Below are positions 36,582 to 47,179 of a stretch of DNA of 64,000 nt, in pieces. The notes beneath the pieces were generated by a model that had not been told where the DNA came from, ran no database searches, and was given only the letters and a program-made list of their open reading frames with translations. The translations under genes and the position numbers were made by a program. The DNA is from a virus. Numbering within the stretch: the stretch's first letter is position 1; every line of letters begins with the position of its first letter. The stretch spans positions 1 to 64,000 of the IMG/VR virus record IMGVR_UViG_3300040801_005525; one strand, given 5' to 3'.

Positions 36582-37208
36582 CTAGTAGATCAGGGGGAGG
36601 TCGGCGGGCTGGTACCAGGCCTCGGTGAGGTAGCCCTGATCGAGGATGGCAGGGTTGCCGCTCTGGCTGAGGGAGACCTTGTAGCGCACCTCGAAGGGCA
36701 GCGGCACGAGCTCGCCTGTGTCCACATCGACATAGCGGGTCGAGGCCACAACCATCTCGAAATACCCCTCGACCCAGACCTCTCCAACGAGGGGCTGGTC
36801 GAGCACGATCGTGTCGAGCAGCCCCTCGCCATACACCGTGTCGGCGCCATCGTGGGCGATGTGGCGCGCGCGCCAGAGCTCCACTTCGAGCTTCATGTTC
36901 GACACATAGAACTCGCACAGGAGCGCGACGTGTGTCGCCTGCGTCTTGAAGGGGCGATGGGGCCGGATGTACGCGCTCTGGCTTGTGAGGTCCGGCGCGC
37001 TCCCTGCCACATCGGGGGCGGTGGTCCACCCCGCGCTCGTGGTGATGAAGGGCTCCCCTTCATAGAGAGAGGCGATGCTCCCTGATCGGGCGTGCCGGTG
37101 GTGAGCGCGTGAGGCGAGGCGTTGCGCGCTGCGGGCCGTGATGAGCCTGCCGGGGAGCCTGTCCCCGAGCGGTTCGGGCTCGTGATGGGTGGCCATGTCA
37201 AGGGGCAT
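36582..37208 (-). CDS. Minor tail protein (putative)
   Basis: Position in the tail-tip cluster. Confidence 0.6.
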   Translation of the reverse strand: MPLDMATHHEPEPLGDRLPGRLITARSAQRLASRAHHRHARSGSIASLYEGEPFITTSAGWTTAPDVAGSAPDLTSQSAYIRPHRPFKTQATHVALLCEFYVSNMKLEVELWRARHIAHDGADTVYGEGLLDTIVLDQPLVGEVWVEGYFEMVVASTRYVDVDTGELVPLPFEVRYKVSLSQSGNPAILDQGYLTEAWYQPADLPLIY

Positions 37209-38916
37209 AGTAACTCGTCACCGAGGGGAAGATCTGTAGACCACAACGCGCCAGGGTCGCCTCCGGGCCGCTCGCGTTTTCGCTCACAGGCACAGGCACA
37301 GAGACAGGGGTCGCCGCGACACGCAGAGATAAGGGGCGGTCACGCTGGGCAAGCGTCATCGCGTCGAGCTTCAGGGTGAGCTTGAAGAGCGTGAGCAGCC
37401 CGAAGTCCACCTCGTAGAGCGCGCCTTCTTTCAGGGTGGGGAAGCGTCGCGTGGTCGCGTCCGCTTCATAGCGCCAGTAGAGCTGGATGAGCGCGGGCCA
37501 CACGGGCGCGAGGCTCGTGGGCACATGCTCGAAGGTCTGCACCGCCTCCACGCTCTGGATCGTGGTGAAGGCGCCCCCATCTGCGGGGGCGCGCACATCG
37601 GCCACAAACTCCCAGTCGAGCGCATGGGCCTGCTCCCTGAGCGCCTCGAGGTGGTCGACGAGCGTGTCGGCCACGAAGTACGGGAGGCATTGCAGCCACA
37701 CCTCCACGGTCTCACCTGGCTCGATGAGCTTCAGGCTGCGCGTGAGCACCCGGTCTCGCCCCTCGATGCTCGGGATGCCGTGCGTGCCATCGCCGAGCAG
37801 ATAGACGGCGCGCTCCTCCCGGCGCCCCATCACCTCGCCATCGCTGTAGGTCTCGCTCACCCCGTGTGCGAAGAGCTGATGGACGCGTGGTCGCGCGACC
37901 ACATGCTCGAGCGAGACGGGCGGCAGCTGCTCCACCACGCTCTTCACAGGCACGTTCGGTCGGAGCTGTCCAGGCACAGGGGTGCGCGCCCTGTGCCGCT
38001 CGCGCACATGGATGTGGCGAAGCTGCACATAGCTCGAGAGGCCCCACATCACATCGAGGTCACGCTCCCAGTTGATGCCAGAGAGGTCCGGGTAGTCATC
38101 AGGCCACACCGCCACGGCGTTGACATCCCCCTTGCTGCTCGTGACCTCGTTGACGTTGAAGAGGCGCTGATGGATGTCTGGATAGCGCGCGTTGACGAGC
38201 GCCTGAGGGAGCTGCACGAGGGTCTCGGGGCCCACCGCGCCGCCAGGCAACCCGAAGGTGAGGCGCTGGGTGGTGTAGTTCGAGATGCTCCCCCAGGAGG
38301 CGGTGTGCGGGTGAATGAAGTCCTCGTCAGCAAAGAGCACACTTCGTCCAAACTTCGCCTCACGTCGTGCGATGAGCCCGAGCGGGGTGCGCGCCGCGAG
38401 CGTGCTCGTGCGGATCCACACCCGCAGCCCTGTGTAGAGCGTGCCGCGTGGAGGGGAGGTGATGGGCACACGCACGCGCACCCCCTCATAGAGGGCACTT
38501 CCCTCGACCTTGACCACGCCACTTGTCCCAAAGCCCACGATCTCGACCTTGAGGTAGCCAAAGGCGAGCAGGCTCCCCACATAGATGTTCTGGGAGGTGG
38601 CGAGCGTGTTGCAGTGCAGGTGCACCATGCACTCGAGCTCGGTGAGTGTCGGGGTCACCGGGTGAATGCCGGTGCCGACGCACAGCCAGCGCTCACTCGA
38701 GTATGCCCTGTCGCCCGAAAAGTTCGAGCCGCTCTGGTTGGCCGTCGCCCAGCGGTGCGCGCACGCGTTGCCCCCCTCACGCTCGAGCCACAAGAGCTGG
38801 TTCTGGAGCATGTGCGCCGCGTGCGTGTCACACGGCTCCTCGCCCTCGAGCGCCTCGTCCCCGAACATGTCCGAGTCGATGGCCTGGAAGTGCGTGCCAT
38901 CGAGCTGCTCATCCAT
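37198..38916 (-). CDS. Minor tail protein (putative)
   Basis: AAGGAG RBS, 572 aa, downstream of TMP. Confidence 0.65.
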   Translation of the reverse strand: MDEQLDGTHFQAIDSDMFGDEALEGEEPCDTHAAHMLQNQLLWLEREGGNACAHRWATANQSGSNFSGDRAYSSERWLCVGTGIHPVTPTLTELECMVHLHCNTLATSQNIYVGSLLAFGYLKVEIVGFGTSGVVKVEGSALYEGVRVRVPITSPPRGTLYTGLRVWIRTSTLAARTPLGLIARREAKFGRSVLFADEDFIHPHTASWGSISNYTTQRLTFGLPGGAVGPETLVQLPQALVNARYPDIHQRLFNVNEVTSSKGDVNAVAVWPDDYPDLSGINWERDLDVMWGLSSYVQLRHIHVRERHRARTPVPGQLRPNVPVKSVVEQLPPVSLEHVVARPRVHQLFAHGVSETYSDGEVMGRREERAVYLLGDGTHGIPSIEGRDRVLTRSLKLIEPGETVEVWLQCLPYFVADTLVDHLEALREQAHALDWEFVADVRAPADGGAFTTIQSVEAVQTFEHVPTSLAPVWPALIQLYWRYEADATTRRFPTLKEGALYEVDFGLLTLFKLTLKLDAMTLAQRDRPLSLRVAATPVSVPVPVSENASGPEATLARCGLQIFPSVTSYYAP

Positions 38917-41332
38917 GGGGGTCTCCTTTGACCGCGCCACCTGGCTCGCGGATCTGGTCAGCGTCATTGGCGTAGTAGGCGTGCGCGCGCTCGAAGCATT
39001 CGACGTGCGCGGTGTTCGCATAGGTGTCCGAGCGTGCGAGCCGCACCACGCGCTTCCAGGACACGTTCGTCATGGTCTCGCCATAAGCGGGACTCTTCAC
39101 ATAGAGCGTGTCGCCCACAATGTGTGCGACCGTGGCGAGCACGTTCCCCGACCACCTCACGCCCCAGGGCTCCCAGATCTCGATCTCATCGCCCACCTTG
39201 AAGCTCTGCGCGTCCGGGTCATCGAGCCCATAGAGCGCCCCTCCTGTCAGCTGCCAGAAGCCGCCGGTCTCGACCGCGGCCTCGATGCGCATCGACGGGG
39301 CCCGAAGGCGCGCGAGCAGCGCGGTGTTCCAGCTGATGAGCAGCATCTCGAGCGCGCAGGTCAGGTTCTTGATGCCAAACCCTCTGGCGATGAGCATCCC
39401 GGTGAACCGCACGCGTGTATCGAGGTCTTCGAGCGAGGGGTTCGTGATGAGCTTCGGGCGCGCGCCAGGCACGGGTACAGGAAGCCTTGGGTCCTCGGGG
39501 AGCCCTTGCGCGAGCGTGACGAAGCTCCCGATGTCATAGGGGTCGAGATCGAGCGTCTTCGAGTCTGGCGCCACGACCGAGAGCCTTGGGAGCGAGAGGT
39601 AGGCGAGCGCCCCCTGGGCGCGAAGCTGGGCGGAGAGCAGATCCCCTGCATCGCCGTCACCGCGCGTGATGAGCGCGCTCTTCGGGATCGTGCGCAGGTC
39701 GAGTTCGATGGCGTAGGGGGAGGCCACCTCGAGCTTCTCGCTCCCCTCGTAGTCGCCTGCGGCGCCGAGCTTCACGATGATCTCCGAGGGCGCCTCCCAT
39801 GGCAGACCTCCCACCTGGGCCCTGACCTCCTCGACGGCTTGCGTGTAGGCGTCCTCGATCTTCAGGGTGCCGCCCTGTGCGGGCGAAATGATGCGTAACC
39901 CCTGAGCCTGGGCAGCGCAGAAGGTGCGCACATCGAGCGCGGCGAACCCCTTGACGCTCAGCCGGTTTGCCTCGGTGACCGCCATGAACTGCCCGGCAGG
40001 GCCCATCACCATCTCGAAGGTGTCGAACACACTTGGCACCTCGCCATCCCAGCCGAGCAGGATCTGCTCGAGCGGCAAGGCATCCTGGCATGCCTCGATC
40101 GCCTCAGCCCATGACGCATGATCGAGCAGGTAGGACACATCCCTGCTCCACACCGGCGTGTGCACATCGAAGCGCTCGGCATCAAAGGAAATGAGGCCCT
40201 GCAAGCTCGTGCTCGTCAGGAGCGCATACATCACCGCGGCGCGGTTGTAGGGGTTGTAGAGGGCGCGTGCACTGCTCGCGAGCGCGCTCGACGCGCTCAC
40301 GGGTTGGCCTGTGCGCGCGTCGAGCTCACGCGAGATGAGGTAGACCTCGCGCACCTCCAGGCCCGCGCTCGACACGTCCTCGATCACGCCACCTGTCTCG
40401 AGCATCTGTGGACCCGAGCCGAGCAGCGCGACGCCGCCTGCAAGCTCCTTCAGGTTCCCCAGCCGGATCTCGTCCTTGCCCGGCGTGTACTTGCCAAGGA
40501 AGAGCCCCTGGCCGATCTGCAAGGCGACGATGCTGTACTGGGTGGAGATGGTCTTCTTGACGCCAGGGAGCGCGCCGGTCATGTCGATGAAGCCCGAGGC
40601 GTAGAGCGCGCCCGTGGCGCCGATGCGTGTGAGCTTGATGTGCGCGCGCGCGGTGAGCGTCCCCATGGCGCGCGCCATGGGCATCTGCCCGAGCGCTTCG
40701 AACCCGCTGGAGCACTGCAAGGTGAGGGTCGTGCACGTGTCGTCTGTGGCCATGGCGGTGAGCACGCCATGCCAGCGCGGCACGTACGCATGCTCCACGG
40801 GGTCATACACCACGAGCTGCACATCACGCCCTTTCTTCTGAGGCGGCCCGAGGTAGACCCCCGCGCCCACAGGGTAGGCGCTCTTTTTGGACTCCCAGAA
40901 GCCTCGCACGCTCCCGATGTAGCCGACTCCTGGCGAATAGGCGCCGAGCTTGATGGCCTCGCGTCCGATGAAGACGACCCTGTCCTGATGGCCCTCGACC
41001 CACAGGGGGATCGTGCCCCCCTCGCGCGTGGCGGGCGCGGAGAGTGTGGCAAAAGGGATGGGCTCCTGCCACTGGAGCATCTCGACGACTTTGGTGTGCC
41101 AGGGCATCTCGAAGGCGTAGGCGCTCGTCTGCATGGTGCGCGCGATGGGGTCGACCGCATCATTCACGCTCTCAGGCATCTGCTCGAGCGTGTAGTCCTC
41201 GAGCTCCACACCCCCTGGCGCAGGCGTGATCCTGTGCCACTTTCGAAAGCCGAAGATCGTGGCCGCGAGCAGGGTCTCATCCCGCCCGAGCCCCAGGATC
41301 TTCAAGCCGTACTGGAGGTCTTGATCGCTCAC
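38909..41332 (-). CDS. Large tail tip/hub protein (putative)
   Basis: 807 aa, second gene after TMP. Confidence 0.65.
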   Translation of the reverse strand: MSDQDLQYGLKILGLGRDETLLAATIFGFRKWHRITPAPGGVELEDYTLEQMPESVNDAVDPIARTMQTSAYAFEMPWHTKVVEMLQWQEPIPFATLSAPATREGGTIPLWVEGHQDRVVFIGREAIKLGAYSPGVGYIGSVRGFWESKKSAYPVGAGVYLGPPQKKGRDVQLVVYDPVEHAYVPRWHGVLTAMATDDTCTTLTLQCSSGFEALGQMPMARAMGTLTARAHIKLTRIGATGALYASGFIDMTGALPGVKKTISTQYSIVALQIGQGLFLGKYTPGKDEIRLGNLKELAGGVALLGSGPQMLETGGVIEDVSSAGLEVREVYLISRELDARTGQPVSASSALASSARALYNPYNRAAVMYALLTSTSLQGLISFDAERFDVHTPVWSRDVSYLLDHASWAEAIEACQDALPLEQILLGWDGEVPSVFDTFEMVMGPAGQFMAVTEANRLSVKGFAALDVRTFCAAQAQGLRIISPAQGGTLKIEDAYTQAVEEVRAQVGGLPWEAPSEIIVKLGAAGDYEGSEKLEVASPYAIELDLRTIPKSALITRGDGDAGDLLSAQLRAQGALAYLSLPRLSVVAPDSKTLDLDPYDIGSFVTLAQGLPEDPRLPVPVPGARPKLITNPSLEDLDTRVRFTGMLIARGFGIKNLTCALEMLLISWNTALLARLRAPSMRIEAAVETGGFWQLTGGALYGLDDPDAQSFKVGDEIEIWEPWGVRWSGNVLATVAHIVGDTLYVKSPAYGETMTNVSWKRVVRLARSDTYANTAHVECFERAHAYYANDADQIREPGGAVKGDPHG

Positions 41333-41344
41333 ACACGCACCTGT

Positions 41345-42259
41345 TCAGGAGTGGACATAGGTCGAGGCGAGCACCTCACACCGGAGTTCGAGCTGGTAGA
41401 GCTCCCCTTTGGCCTCGACAGGGCGCTCGCCGATGCAGGCCGTGAACCTGTTGCGCTGCTCGGCATCATCGATCCTCAGGGCCTCGACCCCCGTGGCGGG
41501 GAGCTCGAGGGTGTGGGTCGAGGCCGCGTTGTGCACCACGAGCATCGGCTCCATGCGGGAGAGCGTGTGGCGCCAGAGCTGCTGGAAGGTGTTGTTCCCA
41601 TCGTAGCGCGCCGCGCACACCTTGCGCGCCATGGCCGGAAACTCGGCGTTCCTCGTGTGGCGCACCATCCCGCCTGGCATCTTCCTGTAGAGCAAGGTGC
41701 GCAGCACCTTCGTGCCCCAGCGCCAGTTGCCAAGGGCGTGGTCATACTGCTCGTGCACCTCGTCCTGGAGCTTGAACGAGGCGCGACGGTGCGTGGTGAG
41801 GTTCCCCTCGATGGCATAGGGCGTGAGGTAAGGCCCACCAAACGCGACAATCACATCCTCGGGGTGCTCCGGCGTGAGCGCGCTCATGCCGAGCAGGCCC
41901 ACAGGAAGCGTCCAGTTCGGGTGGGTCACAAACCAGGTGTAGGTCGGGTTCGCGGCGAGCGTGAGCGCGAAGCCGGTGCCAGGCATGCGTGAGAGGCGAG
42001 GGGTGCGCACGGCGATCTGCACGCTCGTCAGGTTCGAGTAGATCGCCTGGCTGATCGCCTGCACCAGCGCCTTGAAGAAGGAGGGGTAGGCGGTGCTCCA
42101 CATCGGCGAGTTGCCGCGGTCCATCCACAGCCAGTAGCGCCCCACGGGGAGCGTGATGGTGAAGATCTGGCCGCCAAAGTCGATCACAAGAGTGTTGTTC
42201 GCGCTCGTCAGGAGCACGCTCCCCACGATCCAGTCAGCTTCAAAGGGCGCACGGGCCAT
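41345..42259 (-). CDS. Distal tail protein candidate
   Basis: AGGAGG RBS, first gene after TMP. Confidence 0.6.
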   Translation of the reverse strand: MARAPFEADWIVGSVLLTSANNTLVIDFGGQIFTITLPVGRYWLWMDRGNSPMWSTAYPSFFKALVQAISQAIYSNLTSVQIAVRTPRLSRMPGTGFALTLAANPTYTWFVTHPNWTLPVGLLGMSALTPEHPEDVIVAFGGPYLTPYAIEGNLTTHRRASFKLQDEVHEQYDHALGNWRWGTKVLRTLLYRKMPGGMVRHTRNAEFPAMARKVCAARYDGNNTFQQLWRHTLSRMEPMLVVHNAASTHTLELPATGVEALRIDDAEQRNRFTACIGERPVEAKGELYQLELRCEVLASTYVHS

Positions 42260-42276
42260 GAGGCAAAGCCCTCCTG

Positions 42277-45200
42277 TCAAGCCGAGCGCGCGAGCGTGCG
42301 GCGGGTGTCCTGATCGCTGGCTTGCCTGATCTCGCGCGCGATCTGCGGCGCGCTTTGCAGGAGCGTCGCGTTGTCAAAGCTGATCTGGTAGGTGATCGAG
42401 GTGGGCGCCTCGAGCTGGTCACGCAGCGCCCTGGCGTAGGCCTCGGCGCTCTTGGTGCGCTCGACTTCCAGGTCAAGCCGCGTGGCACGTGCAGCGCCCG
42501 CACCCGCCCCGCTCGCGCCCCCTCCGGAGCCTCCCGCCCCCGAGGCCCCGGCCACGCCCGCCACGATGCCATACTTGAGCGCGCTCGCCCCATGCAGCGC
42601 GGCGCCCTGCGCGAACGCAGGCACACCCGTCGTGGCGAACAGCGCGAGGTTCGCGAGCGCGGCGGCGCTCTCGATGAAGACCTGCGTCTTCGCGCGCTTC
42701 TTCGCATCCTTGATGAACACGTCGGCGAGCTCGCTGCCGATGCCTGCCACCGCAGACAGCGCGCTCTGGGTGAGCTTTGCCGCATCGGCCGCCGTCTTCT
42801 GGCTCGCCGCATACTCGAAGGTCTGCGCGGTCAGCGCACCCACGCTCTCAGTCACGCTCGAGAGCACCCCGAGGCGCTCCTGAAGCTGGGCCTGGTTGCG
42901 CTGCTCGAGCTCGAACTCCTGCTCGAGCTGCTCGATCCTGCGGTCGAGGAAGTCCGTGCTCCCCCCGCGCGCAGCCACGTTGTCCCGGTTGGCGCGCAGC
43001 TCATCGATGCCCGATTGACGCTCGGCGAGCAGGTCTCGGCTCAAGCTCGAGGTGTCCACCGAGAACCCCTGCACGGCGCCCTGCGTGACCGCATCGGGGA
43101 CGAGGCGAGCGCGCTGCTTCTCGATCTCGAAGAGCTCGCGCGTGGCGGTCATCTCGGCGTTCCGGATGCGGAGCGCTTGCTCCTCTTGCGTGAGCGCGCT
43201 CTGCCTGATCTGGGTGATCTGTTGCGCGAGTTCGAGATCGATGAGGCGCATGGCCTGCGCTTCTCCCGCAAGCCGCGCCGATTCGATGCGCGCGCTCTGA
43301 AGCGCCTCGACCTCGGCGCGCTCCAGGGCGGCGAGCTCCGTGAGCCTCGCCTGGTTGACGAGGTACTCCTCCTCGACACGACCACGCGCGCCGAGCTCCT
43401 CGTTCTGCCTGATCTGGGCGATGCGGCTCCGGGTCTCGAGTTCGATGGCCTCGCGCTGCTTGCCCTGGGCGCGCAAGATCGCCACCTGGCGACGCGTGGA
43501 CTCTTCGGCGCGCTCCTGCTCGATGGCCTCGAGTTCATCGGTGAGCTCTCGCTCGATCCGCACACGCTCGGCCACGAACTCATCGTTCAAGAGCTTCAAG
43601 AACCTCTCCTGCTTCTCCTCCTTGACGCGCGCGAGCTCCTCCTCGTTGGCGAGGATCTTCTCGTCGAGTTCGAGCTGTTTCAAAGCGGCGCGTGCCCTGG
43701 CCTCCTCCTGCCGTGTGCTTGCCGAGGCCAACTCTCTGTTCAGGATGAGCAGCTGCTCGCGATGAAAGATCTCTGCGTCGGTGATGTAGTCGATGCGCGC
43801 GCGAGAGGACGCAGGGGGTGTATCCCCCTCATCGGGCACCACAGGGGCTCTGGGCTGTCGCACCACGTTCCCGAAGCCCTCGAGCACGGCCGCCGAGCCT
43901 GAGGCCGTCAGGCTGGTCGTGAGCTCATATTGTGTGGCGAGCGCACGGTTCGAGGCGATGATGGCCTCCTCCATCTCGCGGTAGCGCTCGGAGAGCGTCG
44001 AGAGCGACTGCCCTGCCACAAACGCGATCTCGGGCTGGGTGCGAAGCCGCTCGTTCACACCGCTCACACGCTCACTTGCCGCGGCGAGCGCCTCGCCGAA
44101 CTCATCCCCGATCTTCGCGCTCGCGGCGTACGCCCTGCCCGACTCATCGACGAGTCGGTTGGTGTCCTCGAGGACCACGCCGATGTCCTCGAGGTTGTCC
44201 TCGAAGTTCGTGGTGAAGTCGTCGATGTTCTGGGCGGCCTCGGAGAAGTCGAAGGTCAACGCGTTGAAGAAGGCGCGCGTGGCGAGCGTCCCGTTCTCGA
44301 GCGTGCGCAGGTAGATGCGCCCCGCGCGCGTCACGACACCAAGACCCTGCGCCACCTCGATGAGCCCGCCACCGAGGCGCGCGAGCACAGGGATGGCGAG
44401 GCTCCCCGCATCGAGCAGCGCGACGAGCACATCGACCCCCTCCTCGGCGAGCACGTCGAACTGCTCGAAGAGCGCGTTGTTCTTCTGGAGTTCCTGCCCT
44501 TGCCCGGAGAGCGCGATCGCGCTCTCCTTGACCACAGGCAAGAAGCGCTTGCCGATCGTGATGGCGTTGGCCTCCATGACGCTCAGGAAGATCCTGCCCT
44601 GTGCGCTCGCCGTGTCGTTGACCGTGGCGTTGAACTCGCGCGCGGTGCCCTCGGCGGCCTTGAAGCGCGCCGTGTAGCGATCGAGCACGCCCGTGCCCTG
44701 ATTCAAGACGGTGATGAGCGAACGGCCCGCCACCTCCCCAAACAACCGAAGCACATCGGCGTTCGAGATGCCTGCGGCCTCGAGGTCGCGCAGCACATCG
44801 GCGAGCTGGCGCACGCTCCCGTCGCTGTTCTTGACCTCGACGTTGTACTTCTTCAGGACCGCCTGGCCCTCGGCCGTGGTCTTTTGCAGGCGAGAGAGCG
44901 CGTTGGCCGTGGCGCGGCCTGCGCGGGTGGACTTGATGCCCGAGTTCGCGAGCGCGGCGAGGATCGCGGCGGTGCCCTCGAGCGTCTGGTTCGAGGCGCT
45001 CGCAATGCCCGCGGTGTAGCTAAACGCGTTGCCGAGCTCCTCGACGTTCGTGTTCGCCCCGGTCGACGCGCTCACGAGCACATCGTTGACGCGCGCGAGG
45101 TCTTTGACCTCGAGGTTCAAGCCCGTGAGGATGTTCGTGGAGATGTCTGCGGCGCGCGCGAGATCGAGGTTCCCTGCGGCGGCGAGCTCGAGGCTCCCGG

Positions 45201-45825
45201 GCAGCGCCCCCACGCTCTTCTGGGCGTCGAGCCCTGCCTGGGAGAGGAATTGCAGGGCGCTTGCGGCCTCACGTGCGGTGAAAAGCGTCCTCTGAGACTG
45301 CTCGAGCGCGGCCTCATCAAAGAGCGCGAAGTTCCCCCCTCCGCTGATGGCGTCGACACGCGCGAGCTGCTGGGTGTATTCGGCGGCCGTCTCCACGCTC
45401 GACTGCAAGGCGCGTCCCTGCACGAGCACCGCGTCGGTCAGGACGCGGATGCCCCCTTCGACGAGCTGAATGCCTGCGTAGACCCCCGTGTAGCGTCTGG
45501 CCACGATCCCGAGCGCGTCAGACTGCCCACGGTAGGCGCGCGTGCTCTGACGGATCGCGCGCACCTCGGCCTGGGAGAGCCTGTTCTTGGCCGTGGCGGT
45601 CTTCAAGAGCTCTTGCACGGCGCGGCGCTGGTCTCGCGCGGCCTTGAACTGTGCGTTCGCGGCGCGGGCGGCCTCCTGGCTCGAGCGCGTGACGCGCTTG
45701 TTCGCACGCGCCACGGTCGCCAGATCGCTCACCAACTCCCCGTACTCGCCCTTGAACGCGGCGAGCGTGCGCGTGGCCTGATCGGCATCGGCTGTGACCT
45801 CGAGCTCGAGGTATTCGGCGCGCAT
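42277..45825 (-). CDS. Tail tape measure protein (TP901-type core)
   Basis: FTAREAASALQFLSQAG..LPGSLELAAAG..DLARAADI..NTNVEELGNAFSY..LANSGIK..AG. Long and helical. Confidence 0.92.
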   Translation of the reverse strand: MRAEYLELEVTADADQATRTLAAFKGEYGELVSDLATVARANKRVTRSSQEAARAANAQFKAARDQRRAVQELLKTATAKNRLSQAEVRAIRQSTRAYRGQSDALGIVARRYTGVYAGIQLVEGGIRVLTDAVLVQGRALQSSVETAAEYTQQLARVDAISGGGNFALFDEAALEQSQRTLFTAREAASALQFLSQAGLDAQKSVGALPGSLELAAAGNLDLARAADISTNILTGLNLEVKDLARVNDVLVSASTGANTNVEELGNAFSYTAGIASASNQTLEGTAAILAALANSGIKSTRAGRATANALSRLQKTTAEGQAVLKKYNVEVKNSDGSVRQLADVLRDLEAAGISNADVLRLFGEVAGRSLITVLNQGTGVLDRYTARFKAAEGTAREFNATVNDTASAQGRIFLSVMEANAITIGKRFLPVVKESAIALSGQGQELQKNNALFEQFDVLAEEGVDVLVALLDAGSLAIPVLARLGGGLIEVAQGLGVVTRAGRIYLRTLENGTLATRAFFNALTFDFSEAAQNIDDFTTNFEDNLEDIGVVLEDTNRLVDESGRAYAASAKIGDEFGEALAAASERVSGVNERLRTQPEIAFVAGQSLSTLSERYREMEEAIIASNRALATQYELTTSLTASGSAAVLEGFGNVVRQPRAPVVPDEGDTPPASSRARIDYITDAEIFHREQLLILNRELASASTRQEEARARAALKQLELDEKILANEEELARVKEEKQERFLKLLNDEFVAERVRIERELTDELEAIEQERAEESTRRQVAILRAQGKQREAIELETRSRIAQIRQNEELGARGRVEEEYLVNQARLTELAALERAEVEALQSARIESARLAGEAQAMRLIDLELAQQITQIRQSALTQEEQALRIRNAEMTATRELFEIEKQRARLVPDAVTQGAVQGFSVDTSSLSRDLLAERQSGIDELRANRDNVAARGGSTDFLDRRIEQLEQEFELEQRNQAQLQERLGVLSSVTESVGALTAQTFEYAASQKTAADAAKLTQSALSAVAGIGSELADVFIKDAKKRAKTQVFIESAAALANLALFATTGVPAFAQGAALHGASALKYGIVAGVAGASGAGGSGGGASGAGAGAARATRLDLEVERTKSAEAYARALRDQLEAPTSITYQISFDNATLLQSAPQIAREIRQASDQDTRRTLARSA

Positions 45826-45876
45826 GGGGAGGCGGCCTCCTGGCAAGGGGGTGCTGTGGGGGGGATAGGGAGGGGG

Positions 45877-46321
45877 TTATTTGTATTTTTTCTTGAGCTC
45901 GTCGTGGACCTCGGCTTCGGCCGCAAGCCAGATGTCATCGCCGATGTCGGCAAGCTCGGTGATCCAGTAGGGCTTGTGGTAAAGGTCCCCCAGTCGACCT
46001 GGCCTGATGAGCTTGAGATAGGTGTGGGCCAGGTCCCCGGCTCGACCATAGTCATGAGGGCGCCGCTCGGGATCAGGCACATCAAAGCCTTCGGCCTGTC
46101 CGAGCTCGCGCCACAGGTCCATCTCAGGAAGCCTCATGAGCTCGTCATGCAGCGCTTCACACTCCTCACAAGGGAAGAGGTCTGTGCCGCAGAAGGGGTC
46201 GTGGTCGTTTCGAAGGTGCGCCACATCCATGGCGAGGCGCTCCTTGCTCTGGGCGTGCTCCTCGGGGACCGACTTGCTCCTGAGGAGCGCGCGTTCAAGC
46301 AGGTCGGTCAGGTTTTTTTTT
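45877..46321 (-). CDS. Tail assembly chaperone -1 frameshift extension (gpT-like)
   Basis: The -1 frame after the A9 run reads NLTDLLERALL... to a stop just before TMP. Confidence 0.75.
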
Positions 46322-47069
46322 CCTCGGCATCGAGCCCTTCTGCAATGGCATACCCGAGCGACACGAGGTTCTTGAGCATCATGGCGCTGTCCCCGAGGCG
46401 CAGCAGCACGCCGTTCTGACGATACTCCTCGCTCTCCTCGCGCCAGATGACAGGCACGCGGTCGTTGCTGCCCTCCGAGCGCTTGGTGAAGTTCGACAGG
46501 CGGGTGACATACTTCATGGCGAGCGCGAGGTGGTGTTTGACATCCTCGAACTCGAGCACGTGGAATACACCACGACGCGGCGCCCATTGAACGTGTGCGT
46601 GACCATGCGCATCAAGCTCGACTTCCTCGAGGAAGAGGTCCGGATCTTCAAAGGCTTCCTCCTCCTCCTCGGACGGGTTGGGCTCCTGAGAGGGAGAGTC
46701 TGTCTCGGCATCCTCTTCGGCCTTTGCAGAGGCTTCGACCTCGGCCTGATCCTCAGAAGGCGCTTCATCCTTTGGTGCGAAGTGGCTCCACGGTGCCACC
46801 TTGATTTTGATGCGTGCGCCCGGTTCGCCCTGCACCTCGATCTCCACGAAGCGCCCATGCAATAACTCGCTGAGACGCTCGAGCTCTCCATCAATGAGCT
46901 CCTCCTCCTTGCGCTGGACAATCTGGTCCTGCCGACGCCACTTCTGGCGATCCTCCAGCGTCACGGGATTGAACCAGATCTTGGGTACGCTGCGTTGGTC
47001 GTACTTCTCCGCATCGCGGTACTGCAACGGAACGAAGCTCTTCTCGTCATCGATAAAAAATTCAGCCAT
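46308..47069 (-). CDS. Tail assembly chaperone (gpG-like)
   Basis: Lies between tail tube and TMP. Ends GAG GAA AAA AAA ACC TGA. Confidence 0.75.
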   Translation of the reverse strand: MAEFFIDDEKSFVPLQYRDAEKYDQRSVPKIWFNPVTLEDRQKWRRQDQIVQRKEEELIDGELERLSELLHGRFVEIEVQGEPGARIKIKVAPWSHFAPKDEAPSEDQAEVEASAKAEEDAETDSPSQEPNPSEEEEEAFEDPDLFLEEVELDAHGHAHVQWAPRRGVFHVLEFEDVKHHLALAMKYVTRLSNFTKRSEGSNDRVPVIWREESEEYRQNGVLLRLGDSAMMLKNLVSLGYAIAEGLDAEEKKT

Positions 47070-47179
47070 CACATCACGCAAATACACACGAGCAAGGAAG
47101 CGACAGACCTGATGGACATGCCGCTTCCTTGCCCATGCTTGTGGGGGTTATGGGGAGAGGGAGAGGGGCAGGGGGAGGA

